DNA of 64,000 nucleotides from the NCBI RefSeq assembly GCF_004010195.1, contig NC_057719.1:27415872-27479871 (forward strand), given 5' to 3'. The stretch's first letter is position 1. Each line of letters opens with the position of its first letter. Shown here in pieces: positions 12,237-26,068 of this stretch. The notes under the pieces were generated by a model. It saw only the letters and a list, made by a program, of their open reading frames with translations. It ran no database searches and had not been told where the DNA came from. The DNA comes from Chiloscyllium plagiosum. Taxonomy: Eukaryota. The position numbers were made by a program, and so were the translations under genes.

Positions 12237-15200
12237 CTGGAACAGCTTGGCACAGGTCTTCAGTATGATTGCTAGAATATTGTCAGGGCCCATTGCATTT
12301 GCAGTATCCAGTGTCTTCAGTCTTTTATTGATGTTTCATGGAGGGAATCAAATTGGCTGGAGACTGGGTATTCATGATGTTGGGGGCAGCAGTAGGCAGT
12401 CAAGATGAATCATACACTTCTGAAGATGGATGGAAACTTCAACCTTGTGTTTTTGCATCCTGTTGTGTAAGATTGCAAGAAGAAATGTTGGTTAAACAAT
12501 GAAGCACCTTCCAGGAAGCTCTCCCTTAATGTTCGCCAAATGTCTTACAGCAGTTCTTCCCGAGCAGCCTGGGTGAGAGGATATGGCAATTGCACTGTAT
12601 ACGTTTGCAGGCCTACTGTCCACCATTGTCAATTGGGGAACTGAAGTTTTTAGTGAATGTGTCTTGTCCATTGCTTCTTGTTGACAAGATGTCAATCAGT
12701 CCACAATGTACTTCCACTCAGTACGTGTGATCAGGTCAGAATTAGATGCTATGAGATAAAGGAATATGAAACCACCTGTTTGGATGTGTCATGGCACATC
12801 TTCACAGCCATCACATCACAGGTGAGACTTGAAGGCCAACTTGCTCATCCAGAGGTAAGTGCACCTTCACTGCACCACATTGATTTGCTGCTTAAATGGG
12901 AATTGGAGGCAAAAGTGAAGCATTGAATAATCACTGGACTCTTGATTACTAGAGCAGATCTCTCAGTGGCCTCACAGTCCAGACATGAACTCTATCCACC
13001 TTCCAAGTAATATGCACTTACTCCTTCCACTGTAGGTGCTACTTTGTAAATGTCACAAGACTTATTGCTCAGCTAATTTTTGGATTAATATGGTGAGATA
13101 TAAAATTGTAAATGATGCAGGGAATTGTAGGCTTTCTGTGATCCGCAATGTCCCTCTCAATCTTCACCTTCCTTAACGTATCACAAAAGCCCTTCAAGAC
13201 TGTAGCGCATCACCTCCCAGACAGGGTTTGAGGTTCTGCCCAACTGACCGTACACCATTCATTGGACTGATTTCCAAGATGATCCCAACTGACCGACCAG
13301 CAAGACATGGACTGATTTTTCTCAACTTCCAGTTTTGATTTGGATCAACCACATGACTGAATGTGGCCAAGACCCTGGACTGGAAATGGCCCAGTCCCTG
13401 GAATGGCTTTGGTGGTAACCCCAACTGAGCAGAGTTCACCCATGCCGAATTCACACATCACTATGTTCTTCATCACATGAAGTGTGTTTGCCACATGTAC
13501 CACCTTTTAAACTGATGCAGTACCCTTCCCTTCATCCCACCTTTCATATTGACATTTCATTGTTTCCTACAGATATATGCTACTGTCTTGCACTAAAGTG
13601 TCCCACTAGTTATCTGTGTTGTTTTCTGTCTTTGAGTTCTACTTGAGCAATGAAAGCTACTGCCTTATGGTGTCAACTGAAGTGTTATGGTGAAACAAAA
13701 GCTACTGCCTTGCCCTGTTCATTAGAATGCCCACTTTACCATCTTTGGTAGTGGAAATTCATGCCCAAATAATCTCCAAAAATAGCAAGTGCAAATTCCA
13801 CCTGGTTTCATTTGGCTATGCCCATCAAGGCAGAGGAATGCCTATGTTCTATGGTTTAATTTATAATTTACCAGAAGCTTAATAGTCTGTGCTGAAGTTG
13901 CAAAGGCCATCTGACTATTCTAACAGGCTAATTTAAAATGTAAAAGAATTCTAGAAGCTTCACATGAACACAGTCCATGGTTGAATTTGTAGATGGTTTC
14001 ACTGAGCAGGACAGTAGTTTTTGCCAGTCATAGCATTCTATGAATGATGAAAACAAAATGTAAACATCTGGTTATTGAAGTTCTTAGTTTCAACCTCACA
14101 TGCGAATCAAGTCTGGCAAATGCAATGTCATTGTGTGAGATAAAGATATCTATTCGTTGAAAGCTAGGTAGTTGCTGTGTTGCCTCCCTGTGTCCCACTG
14201 AACTATGACACTAATCACTGTCACTGATCTCATCATTTAATAGCCCTTCGTCCTACACATCCAACCTCATCACACTCCAGGTCATGTAATTGATTTCTAC
14301 TCTATGGTAAGTTCTAAAAAGAGGACATCCTGAATAAAACTTAGTTCTATCACTGGATTTGGGTCCATATTGATCTCTTCATTTTCCAAATGTAACGGTT
14401 GTGTGAGAATTAAACCCTCAATTCATAAATGAGCAAACAGATTAAATGAAGAACATAGTACAATTGTGTGTTTCCTCAATCCATTTAAGAATTCTATGGA
14501 TTGCTAATGAACAAAGTGCTACTGCAGATAATTTAAAGATCTATAAACATGTTGTAGCATTGTCAACGCCACGCTATTTAATAGACTGCCAGCTGCCTTC
14601 GAAAATTAAAACCAATATTACGTTAAAAAGAATCTATTGGCCTATAAACATTTATTGAATCAGTACAAAATAAACAGGGAATTTAAAAGCACTGAATCAT
14701 GAGCTATTTTAATTTTGTTGTTTCAGAATCACTAGTTTAAGTTGATGCAATACTTAATATAAAAATATTCACTTTTGTAGCAGTTCTTTACTAAAACTAT
14801 TTAAATGAACACAAAGCACATTCAAAATGAATTAATTTGGAGCTATCTATATGGGTTAAATCAAATAATGGTGCAAATTTCCAGGTTGTACTGACTGTTA
14901 AGTTTCCAGCATTTGCCATCATTATCAGATAGCCACAGTCAAAAATATGAATGAAGAAATTTCACAAAGCCTAGTGTTAGTCTCCACAGGAGCAATCAGT
15001 GCAGAATCAATGACTGGATGTGAACTTTAACTTTTTGCATATTCTTCACACTGCACAAAGCATTGAGAAAATAATGAAACTTGCTAAATGCAGTGTATCT
15101 GTAAACAACATTCTAAGTTATAACCACTGTTGAACATTATCTACATTCCTGGAAAAGTAATTTTTGAAAATTTGAATTTCATTCCCTTGACTCCAGGTGT

Positions 15201-15378
15201 CTTCACTTCCTTTTTGTGCAAAGTACTTTGAAATATTAATGTTTGCTGAGGAGTATTTTGAAAGAAAGGAAACTTGATTATGCAAAAATTAGGTTTTAAG
15301 AAATTACTGTATGACCTGAATTTTTCAAAGGTTAAAAAAAAAGTTAATTCCGTCTTGGTGAGTCTGGATATCATTTAC

Positions 15379-15518
15379 TTGTCCGTTCAGAATGCACTGA
15401 GAATTCATGCAAAGAGGGAATAAGCACAGTTCTCTCTGACTGGAAGTTCTTTCTAGGAGTTTTCGAGCAGATCCTGGTGCTGAAGCGGGCTTCCGAGAAT
15501 AGAACAGAATCTCTGTTC
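15379..15518 (-). CDS. Candidate internal coding exon B (NRDSVLFSEARFSTRICSKTPRKNFQSERTVLIPSLHEFSVHSERT)
   Basis: Acceptor gtgtttaacatacag, donor CAA|gtaaat, 140 nt. CpG-retaining island in AT-rich DNA. The phase 2 to 1 frame is GC3-rich and matches the end phase of exon A; a second frame is also open. Confidence 0.5.
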
Positions 15519-16245
15519 CTGTATGTTAAACACAGTTAGAGAGAGCAGCAAGCTGAAAATAGGAAAGGCAATTGCCTGTGAATTGTTAAGACCAATCACT
15601 GTTGTCCTAGTGTTGCCAAAGCCCATGAATTGGAAAGAGTGTCTCTGAAGATTCTCTACCAGAAATGCCATAATCTGATAGCCTGATAGGTTGATGGCCT
15701 GTCAATAGTGACAGGAACGTTGGATGGAATATAACTGCTGGTGAATGCAACTCAAGAGATGAAATGATTGAGTAGAAAATTAGAGATTTGACATAATGGA
15801 AAGATGGGCTGAGTTGGAGGGACTGAGAGTGAACATGGTTCCACAATTGTGTGGAAGATAATGTAAGGGTTTGATCAAAGGCAAATCCTTCTTGTATCAA
15901 TTAGTTAAAATGAAATGTATCTATTTGTTTGAAATAGTTTTCACTTGTTAATGTTTGAATTATGTTGGGCTTCAGTGGTTTTTAGCAGTCAATATTTCCA
16001 AACTGAAATATTGTCCAGCAGTTTTCTTTCTGCCCTACTTACAAGTTCTGGAATTGGCTTCAAGCTCTGCAATTGTCTTGTGTCTAAGATTGGGTGTCGA
16101 CAGTATGAGTTCCATCACACAGTTGACTGCAGAATATGACTTTCAATATGCAGGAATCCTCAAAGAGTTAGAAAGGATCCATTTCAGATCACATCCACAT
16201 TTGAATGAGGCTGTGATTTATTGTGAATATCGGTCAGTCTTTTGA

Positions 16246-16885
16246 AGCATAGAACATTGAACAGCACAGAACACAAACAGGCCCTTCGGCCCATGATGTT
16301 GTACTAAACATGACGCCAAATTAAACTAATCCCTTCTGCCTGCCCTTGGTCCACATCCCTCCATTCCTTGCCTGTTCATGTGCTTATCTAAAAGCCCCTT
16401 AATCACCCGGATTGCATCTGCACCCACCACCATCCCTGGCACTGTGTTTCAGACTCCTACCCCCACTCTCTGTGTAAAAGGTATTCCCCTTTTCACCTTA
16501 AATGCATGCCCCTGAGTACTAGTCATTTCAACTTTGGGAAAAAAATCCTGACCATCAAACCTATCTATGCATCTCATAATTTAATAGGTTTCTATAAAGT
16601 CTGACTTCACCCTCTGCCACTCCAGAGAAAACAACCCATGTTTTTCTAACCTCTCCTTACAGCTCATAGCCTCTAATCCCGGCAGCATCCTGGTAAACTG
16701 TGCCTCTCCGAAGCCTACACATCCTTCTGTGTTATGGCACCCAGAATTGAAAGCAATACTCAAAAGTGTGGCCGAACCAAATTCTTATAAAGCTGCAACC
16801 TGACATCCTGACTCTTGTTCTCAATTCCCTGACCAATAAAAGCAAGCAAGCCATATGCCTACCTGCTTGAGTGGCCACGTTCAGG
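16246..16885 (-). mobile_element. CR1 LINE 3' fragment
   Basis: FTRMLPGLE..CKERLEKHGLFSLE and catagaa tail. Confidence 0.88.
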
Positions 16886-17740
16886 GATTTTGAACGTCCA
16901 GACATTAACATTCAATTTTCTGCTTGGTTGTGATGACTAATTGACTAATAATCAATTACGCCTTCCCCTTCCCAACACGGTTCATGCAGTGCTGTGCAGT
17001 ATTCCTACCTTGGGTTAGAAGCTGTGGGTTGAAGTCCCACCTTTCCCAAAGTTGCTATTAAAAGACTTTCTCCGCCCAGCTGAAAGCAAGGGAATTCTCC
17101 ATGAAATGAGCATCGTGCTCATGTTCTAAGAAAAAGGTATTGCAACCAAACCACTGCATTTTCTTCCACAGACTAGATAAGCTCAGTCAAACTCAAAATT
17201 TTAGGAGGGGTCAAGGTGGGACTTTTAGTCTCATATCTTTTTAACCTCTATTCATAAAACTGACAAATTGTCAGCCAAAGTGACTTGAAATGTCACTGTC
17301 ACTGGTATACATTTAGTGACACCACGGTAAAAAATAGCAAACTTCAAATGAAGAGATTGATGTCATGTTCGGAGGTTAAGTAATTGAGAACCACATCAAT
17401 CACAATGGTCGTATAGTTGCCTAAACACTGGGTGAGCAGAGATGGATATTTTATGTATGTGTTAGAAATAGTGATACTAAAGCATTGCTCCAAGGCATTT
17501 ATGATTGACTGAGCTTGTTTAAATGGTTCAGGCTAAGGAGAAGACTTTTAGGTTTTCTTTATAGTGTGTAGCAAGGGGAGTACTGGAGACATCAGTTTGG
17601 TACGCTGCTAGAAAGCAATCTGTATAAAAGCATGTATAAGTTATTTATTTTAAAACTCCCTTACAATACCCAAGACTTCCCTATTCATCTCTGAAATAGT
17701 TCTATGATTCATTTAAATCCACTCGAGAGGAAAGATGGAA

Positions 17741-17908
17741 TCTTGTTTAATAACTCATCTGAAAGTCAGCACCTCCAACAGTGCAACACTCCTTTGGTAT
17801 TTCATTTGGAAGTCAGCCTAGACTGCTCAAATCAAGGGGATAGGAATTAAAACTCATCAAATTTCTGACTTATGAGACAAGTGTATTGTTACTGGGCATA
17901 GCTGACCC
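17741..17908 (-). mobile_element. DeuSINE (SacSINE1/AmnSINE1-like) 5' part
   Basis: Minus strand ggagtgttgcactgttggaggtgctgactttcagatgagttattaaac resembles the Deu-domain start, preceded by a decayed tRNA-like head. Confidence 0.65.
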
Positions 17909-19774
17909 AAGTTACATTGTCAGTGTAATTGAAGTGTAGAGTGGCCTCGGGCACGTCCTTTTAGTTTAATAAAGAGGTCAATTATGTATCAATTGTGTCT
18001 GACTTAACTCTCTCTCTGGTGGGACTACTCAAAATACTCATTCATGACAGCTCAGTAACTAATTAAATCTTACTTCCCAGATCCTAAACTTCACTAATTT
18101 CCCATGGTGTCCATCACATTGTTTACCTGATTGCCTGAAGAAATAAAACCCTTCTCCTTAAAGAATGCTTTCACAGAAAGACGTGACCATGAAAATTTAA
18201 ATACCAAAGCGTTCCACAAATAACTTACTTAAAATGTTGCTTCATCATTACTGAGGTATCCACCAGAAATGTTTCCCATTATGATAGAATCGGTTGTATA
18301 TCCAATGGTTTACATGTAGCCTTCATTCTTTATGCAAACTGACTTTGAAAAGTGCTGCTTGGAAAAGCTACAGAAGTAGTTTGTTTAATACCAAGAACAT
18401 TCTTGACTATTTTACTCTCAAACTGTGCATCCTGTTTAACACAGCTCATATTTTTAGAGTGTTCTGCTCACAACCATATCATTTTGGAATACATTTTCCA
18501 TTCCCCATGATCTTATAAATGGACAATGCAACTTAAATTGTATCTGACAACTTAATATTCTCAAGACCCACGACGCTTAAATGTCAGCATTATAAGATTT
18601 CAAAAATAAACCAGTATCTAAAAAATACAGAATTAGGAAACCCTTTTGAGGAATTTGAGGGGAGGGCAAGGACTGGAGTTAGCCAGTTCACCCCTTTACT
18701 ATAAATATTTGCATTAATATCCCAGAATTTTATTTCAGCAATAAAGCCTAGCTGCTGAATAAATCATGAAGAACTGAGTTTTTCCTCCAAAAAAGGCCAA
18801 GCAAACAGAAACTGGGTTGACAGGGAAACCTCTAAACATCAGTAGATCGGAATAGAAAGGGAATCAGCTTTTGAAGCCAGTCAAGCCCAGTTTCTGCAAC
18901 CAATCAACAGCAAGTAATTCTGCTCTTGAGCTTGACATCTTCTCCTCACAAGTCTTGCAGACAGCTGTTTATTTTATAGATTCATACAGTGTCGAAAAGG
19001 CCCTTCGGCCCATCAACATAACTAGTAGTAAAAGTGCTCTTATCCCAATTTCCTGCACTTGTCCCATATCCTGTTCTGGAAGAAAGCTCATATTGTAGCT
19101 CTGAAGACAAAACTGCAGGGATGGTCACCTGACTTGAACACCCCCATCGCTATCTTCATTACAATAAATTACTCTTATGGACAGATTTCACACAAAAGAC
19201 CAGATAGTATATGCTTTTTAGCTCTATGACTGAAAGCAAGTTTTGGCGTCTATTTGCTAAACAATGGTATAAGCGTATTGTCTTCGACTATGGAGGGAGT
19301 GAGGAGGCAGATCTCAACTTGACCTTAGCTGGAATGGGGATGAAATCATAAGTTGTTGTGATAATTTGATAGCGGCACATTAGCTACCTAGCCAACTGAG
19401 CCAACCAGCTCACTAACAGATTTTCTAACAGCATAACTAAAGGTCAGTATTAGATTATAAAGATGTGTGTGATGTAGCTTTTCATTGAACATGCATTACA
19501 CCAATTTGCAAAATTCAAGGAGAAAGTCAACATTTGTACTTCACGAAAGGAAAATATTATTGGTTGGCTAGTGGACTCTAATTGATAGAGGCATTATTAT
19601 GAAAAACATATTAATTAATGATGATTCATAATTGACTATTAGATTTTGTTTAAATTTTAAAGTAAGGAGATTGACTCTGATTGGTCAGGGCATTGTCCTG
19701 AAAACTGAACTGTAAGATCATAATATCCCACAGATATAATGGGCCGAAAGGCTTCTTCTGTACTGTAGCTCTCT

Positions 19775-20165
19775 AACATACAGAAAGTAGGCCATTCAGC
19801 CCATTGAGTCTGCTCCGTTATTCAAAGAGAATCATTGCTTATATGATAACCCTCAACTCCACTTTCTTGTCTTATCCCCATAACCCTTGCTGCCCTTAAT
19901 GATGAGAGATCTGTCTAACTCAGTCTTGAATATACACAACAACACAACCTTGACAGCCCTCTGCAGTAAAACAATTCCACAGATTCACTGCCATCTGAGA
20001 GAAAAAATGTCCTTCTCACCTCTATCTTAAATGGGTAACTCCTTATTCCAAGATTATGCCCGCTGGTCCGAGATTCTCAAACAAGGGGAAGCAACCTCTT
20101 TGCATCTACCATGTCAAAACACCTAAGAATCTTGTATGTTCATTAAGGTCTCCACTCATTCTTGA
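19775..20165 (-). mobile_element. CR1 LINE 3' end (different subfamily)
   Basis: gtaggccattcagcccattgagtctgctcc tail and ORF2 C-terminal relic. Confidence 0.8.
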
Positions 20166-20219
20166 CCCTCTGGCTTACTGATGTCTTTCAGGGAAGGAAA
20201 TCTTCATCCTCCCCTGGTT

Positions 20220-21065
20220 ATCAGTGCAAAAAATAAGGCTGAAGCATTTGCAGCAATCTTCAGACTGAAGTGACAAGTGAATGATCCATCTCAGCCTCAT
20301 CCAGTGGTCCCCAGCATTACAGACACCACTCTTCAACCTTCACTCCACATGATATCAAGAAACATTTGGAGACACTGGATACTGCAAAGGATATGGGCCC
20401 TGACAACATTCCAGCAATAGTACTGAAGATGTGATCCAGAACTTGCCACTCCCCTCACTAAGCTTTTCCAGTATAGTTACAACCCTGACATCTACCTGGC
20501 AATATGGAAAATTGCCCAGGAAGATGATCATCATTGATGAAGTCATCTCAGCTCCTGGACATCTCTACAGGCACTGCTCAGGGTAGTGTCCTAGGCCCAA
20601 CCATCTTCAGATGCTTCATCAATGACCTTCCCCCAATCATAAGGTCAGAATTGGAGATGTTCGCTGATGATTGCACAGTGTTCATCATTATTCATGACAC
20701 CTCAGATGCTGAAGCAGTCCATGTTCAAATGCAACAAGATCTGGACAATATCCAGGCTTGGGCTGTTAAGTGGAAAGTAACATTCACGCCACACAAATGA
20801 CAGGCAATGACCATCACCAATAAGAGACAATCTAACCACCACTCCTTGATATTCAATGGTGTTACCATCACTGAATCTCCCATTATCAACATATTGGGGT
20901 TACCATTGACCAGAAACTCAACAGGTTCACTACATAAACACAGTGGCTACAAGAGTATGTCAGATGCTAGAATACTGCAGCAAGTAACTCATCTCCTGAC
21001 TCCTCAAAGCCTGTCAACCATCTACAAGGTGTAAGTCAGGAGTGTGATGGAATACACCCCACTTG
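20220..21065 (+). mobile_element. CR1/L2-group LINE (second family) RT region with internal deletion
   Basis: QGSVLGPTIFRCFINDLP...MFADDCTVF...QQDLDNIQAWA. Confidence 0.85.
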
Positions 21066-21747
21066 ATTTCACCTACATGTCAACTCAGAATACTTTTAGC
21101 ATGGCTGTACATAACTTAGCTATCATTTCTCACCCATCAATTTGTTTTGAAATTGTCCATCATAGGGTGATTTAATTTTCTAATCTGTTCCAATAGCAGA
21201 TGGCTAACTTAGGTAGTCCCAAAGGCAGATTTCTAATCTTTGCCACCAAACCCTCCCTAAAACAAGGCTGAGTCTGAGGCAAATGAGATGTTTGGTAACG
21301 TATGTTAGTGAGTTGGATCAGTGCTTCATATGAATGAGGTTGAGAGTCTCATTTGCATGTTTTACTTTAAATTTAAACTGCAGACAGCTGGGTTTCCAAA
21401 CCTCGGTCAGGACTTTTGGGATGCAGCACTGACCTACTGGAACCAGCATGTCTTGTGTGGAATATAGTCCCACCTTATTCACTCCCTGGGAGCAAGCTTA
21501 CCTACCTGACTCTGCAACTTCCTCTGGCCTGTTCCCTGACCAACTGGAAGCCAAGCCTGTCAATCACACTGACTTTCAGCTGGGAGGGAAGTCAGTCATG
21601 TCTGAAAACACTGTCAGGTGAAACTCCCAGCTTTCCCAGGCTCTACAGAACCTTCTTACCTCAAGCAGATCTGGCAAATTAAAATTCAAGCCTAACCAAC
21701 TCACCATGCTTCAGTGCCAACAGAGACTGGCCTTTGCATGAGCTTCT

Positions 21748-21873
21748 GGGAGAAAATGAGGACTGCAGATGCTGGAGATCAGAGTCAAAGAGTGTGGTGC
21801 TGGAAAAGCACAGCAGGTCAGGCAGCATCTGAGGAGCAGGAGAATCAACATTTTGAGTATAAGCTCCTATCAG
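21748..21873 (-). mobile_element. Penelope-like terminal repeat (family B), degenerate hammerhead
   Basis: Same body as 1155-1281. Confidence 0.75.
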
Positions 21874-21993
21874 ATCTACCAGCTCCACCTCTGCACAGGG
21901 CATAGTGATTCTGCTGCAGCAAGCAATTTGGAAGAAAACTAACATATTAGGCTATGTCACAAGAGCATTTGTGTTTCAGAGTAAAAAGGTCTT

Positions 21994-22320
21994 ATGGTGG
22001 CTCACTGATTAATACTGTTACCTCACAGCATCAGGGACCTTGGTTCAATTCCACCCTCAGGTTGTGGGAAGTTTACACATTCTCCCCGTGTCTGTGTGAG
22101 TTTCCTCTGGATGCTCCAGTTTCCTCCCGCAGTCCAAAGATGTGCAGGTCAGGTGGATTGGCCATGCTAAATTGCACATAGTGTCCAGAGATGTGTAGGT
22201 TATTTGGGTTAGCCATAGGAAATACTGGTAAGAGGGTGGGTCCGGATGGGATGCTCTTTGGAGGGCCAGTATGGACTTGATGGTCCTCTGCTTCTACTCT
22301 TTAGGGATTGTATGACTCTA
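21994..22320 (+). mobile_element. HE1-related V-SINE (older variant)
   Basis: Decayed head, V-domain, tail ending tatgactcta. Confidence 0.8.
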
Positions 22321-22329
22321 ATAGAACAT

Positions 22330-23055
22330 TGGTGAGATGCCTCCTGGAGTATGTGTGCAGTTCTAATCCATTTTGCCAGTGGAAGGATATATATGCTGCA
22401 GAGGAAGTGCAGTGAATGTTCACCAGACTGGCTCCTGGGTTGGTCAGACTGTCCCACGAGCAAGGCTTGAGGAAACGAGGCCTGTATTCTCTGGAGTTCA
22501 GAAGAAGATGTGCAGGTCAGTTGAATTGGCCATGCTAAATTGCCCATAGTGTTAGATACATTAGTCAGAGAGAAATGGATCTGGGTGGGTTGCTCTTCGG
22601 AGGGTCGGTGTGGACTTGTTGGGCTGAAGGGCCTGTTTGCAAACTGTAGGGAATCTAATCCAATCTAATCTAATCTAATCTAATAAGAGACAGTATCATA
22701 GAAACTTATAAAATTCTTAAAGGAATAGATAGCGTGAATACAAAAAGGATGTTTCCCCAGGCTGTGAGATCTAAAAACAAGTGTCAAGGCCTCAGAATGA
22801 AAGGCAAGTAATTTAGGATTGAGATGAGTAGGAACTTCTTCATTCATAGAGTAGCATAGCTCTAGAATTGTCTACCCCAGAGGGTTTTGGATTCTAAGTC
22901 ACTAAATAAGTTCAAGATAAAGATTGATAGATTTCTAATTAGTAGTAAATTCAAAAGATATGGAGTAGCATGGGAATATAGCATTGAGGTAGAGGATCAA
23001 CCATAACCTAGAATGGGGCAGTAGACTCATGGGGCTGAATGGCCTCTTCTTAGTT
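22330..23055 (+). mobile_element. CR1 3' fragment containing a 5'-truncated HE1 SINE (22507-22684)
   Basis: ctggagtatgtgtgcag...gttcaccagact ORF2 relic on both sides of the SINE 3' half with its (aatct)n tail. Confidence 0.8.
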
Positions 23056-23914
23056 AGTGTACTTCTTAAATGAAGGAAATGTTTTTGTCCCCTCAGCAGA
23101 CTTTCGATGTTCTTAAGCAGCATAAGACCAAGACTTTAGTATCATGCAGGAAACAAAATTAAAATAGTTTACCAATTTCAAATATGGGGGAAAATAACAC
23201 AAACAGAGGTGATTCCTGCGGCTTATAGGAAGGGATTTTGCATATCAGTTGAATGTTCCCAGTTATTGAAATTTCTGCACACTAAATACATCAAGGTTAG
23301 CATTTTCTATTTATTGACAGGACCTCATGCATTAAGAAGATTGCTTTTTTTTTCAAAGTGACACCATCAATGTAATTGCATCTGAAAGGCATCTCTGAAA
23401 AAAGTTTTACCGTACAGAATACATCATCAAATCTGTCGGAGTATATAACCTATTACAAGGATAGTGGAGTTGCAGGATGAGATTCAATCAATCATCAGCT
23501 AAACTGAATTTCTTTTAAATGTAAGCACTTTACAAACTGAACAATAGAACACGTGATGAATTTAGTCTCTTCTCCAACCTGTTAATCTCATAAAGCCATT
23601 TATGCTGACCAAATCTTAACTTCGGTTTCGTTATCAGTCACAAATTTTACATCTCTCCCAATTTATTTCCATTGATGTCAATGGATACTTTTACAAACAG
23701 TTTTCTGTTCTTTCAATTGCAATGTATCCTTGATTTAAACTGCATTCACAAAGCAGTTGGTGCAATTGTGAAACAAAATTACCACACAGTAGTAATGATT
23801 GGAATTCAACCTTATATCTGTAATCACAGTTTCACACTTTCAGCAATTACTTTATGAAGATAAATTAAATGAATAGTGAATTTCAACTGATGAAATAAAA
23901 CCAAAATGGAAGAC

Positions 23915-24131
23915 AAACAGACAATTTTTCAGTGGAACATACAAAAAAGAACCAGTCCAAAATGAGCAGTCATTGTGATAACTTATTGTGATCGAAGTAT
24001 ACACACTTCAAGCCACTTCCCTGTTTACAGGCACCCTCCTTGGGGTGCCTGTAAACAGACAATTTTTCAGTGGAACATACAAAAAAGAACCAGTCCAAAA
24101 TGAGCAGTCATTGTGATAACTTATTGTGATC
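23915..24131. repeat. Exact 79-bp direct repeat with a 59-bp spacer containing a 16-bp perfect hairpin
   Basis: 23915-23993 equals 24053-24131; hairpin arms 24021-24036 and 24043-24058. Confidence 0.95.
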
Positions 24132-26068
24132 TTTGATTAATCCTGTTTTTTGATAGCAATGAAAAATACCAAAACAGTGGATAATTTTCTCTTTTAATAT
24201 TTTGTGCTGGTACCTGAACTGCCCAGATCACCTGCTAAACAGACAACAGATTATGACTTTAACTAAAGTTGAACGAGTCCACATAATAAGTAATTACATT
24301 TTAAAAAAACATCTGCATATTGTACAATTGGATTTGATCAACGGCCAACATAGTACAATTATAATGCCAGTACAATAATTCCTGAGGAACACAAGGGTGA
24401 GCTGAAATGAGATGAATACCACATTTGGTGATGAAAATGCCATCTACACCCACCTTTTCTGTCATTCCACATTTCACTGTGTAAGGTTAAGGCATTATTA
24501 GAAAGAACATTATGACATTAGCAAGCTAATTTCTGATGTACGTCTTGAACTTCATATCAAATATATAAGTTATAGTTTTTTTTTTAATAACAGTAACTGT
24601 TCTTCCCTACAAAGTGCTGTTCTAATCACTACTGCAATCAACTCTCAAAGTAATATTTGTGTAAGTGGATAATAACTGTGTGGAGAATACATTATTTCTT
24701 TTGTGCATCTACAACGTATTGTCAAACAGAAACTACAAGCAATGCAACAATTTTACCAGAAGGTGGAGCTCACAGTACGGTTTCATCATGCCCAACATTG
24801 GGCTCAGCAAGGACAGTGAAATATGGTTGTAAAAAGAACATTTCAAAAGGCAAAAGTAAGTTAGTTAGGAAAGCTCACAATGAATAAGTTACTTCTAGCA
24901 ATATCTGGGTTTTGTTGTTGTGCAATACTGGCCTTTTCTTGCAGTTCTTAACCATGACTTGGAGGAATTACATTACAGAAAGAAACTGTGAAGACCTCCT
25001 CGGAAGACAGAGACAGGCTCGAACAGACAGGGTACCCTTGGTTGTCCAGTACTTCCCAGGAGCCAAGTGACTATGCCATGTTCTTCGCAGCCTGCAATAC
25101 ATTATCGATGAGGATGAACACCACACCAAGACCGCCCCCGTTCCCCTTCATCTCACCTTTAAACATCTACCAAACCTTAAACAGATCATGATTCATAGCA
25201 AACTGCCTAGCCTTCAGGGCAACAACACCGTACAACCCTGCCATAGCAGCTGTTGCAAGACATGTCAGAGTATCGACACGGGTAACATTATTACACATGG
25301 GGACACCTCCCACTGTATACGTGGCAGGTACTCATGTGACTCGGCCAATGTGGTCTATCTCATAAGCTGCAGGCAAGGATGCCGTGAGGCATGGTATTTT
25401 GGTGAGATCAAACAGACGCTATGACAACAGATGAATGGATGCTGCACAACAATCACCAGGTAGGAGTGTTCCCTCCCAGTCGGGGAACACTTCAATGGTC
25501 GGGGCATTCGGTTTTGGATCTTTGGGTGACCATCCTCCAAGGCTGACTTCGGGATAGGCAAAATGCAAAGTGGCCGAGCAGAGGCTGATAGCAAAGTTCA
25601 GTACCCATGGAGATGGCCTCAATCGGGACCTTGGGTTCATGTGTCACACTACAGGTGACCACACACACATACACATACACTCCTCCATACTCACACACTC
25701 ATGCAGACCCTCCCTCATACACAAGCTCTCTCATATGCACACACCGACACACCCACACTCACACTGACACATGCACCCTCTCACACATACTCCATCACAC
25801 TCACACACACACTTAACCAAGCTTACACACACATATGTATGCACACACACTCTGTCACGTGCACTCATATCCACACGCACACATTCACATGCACACTCAG
25901 TCTGCTATGCCCCTACATACGCACACATATATAAGCTTATGGGGTGAATTTGTTTTTGCAGAATTACATTTTATTTTACTACATGAATCTATGTAAAACT
26001 CAGTAGAACAATACAGTGGGTTTGTCAGTCTGACTTAGCATTGGGACACAGACAGACTTCACACCTAT

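Noticed and set aside
24730..24855. Plus-strand exon ending AA|gtaagt, with a CTCF-like motif near 24756
   Set aside because: Poor pyrimidine tract, uninformative peptide and no partner exons; the motif alone is insufficient.
25660..25930. His/Thr-rich ORFs
   Set aside because: Translation of degenerate (CA)n inside a Penelope 3' region.
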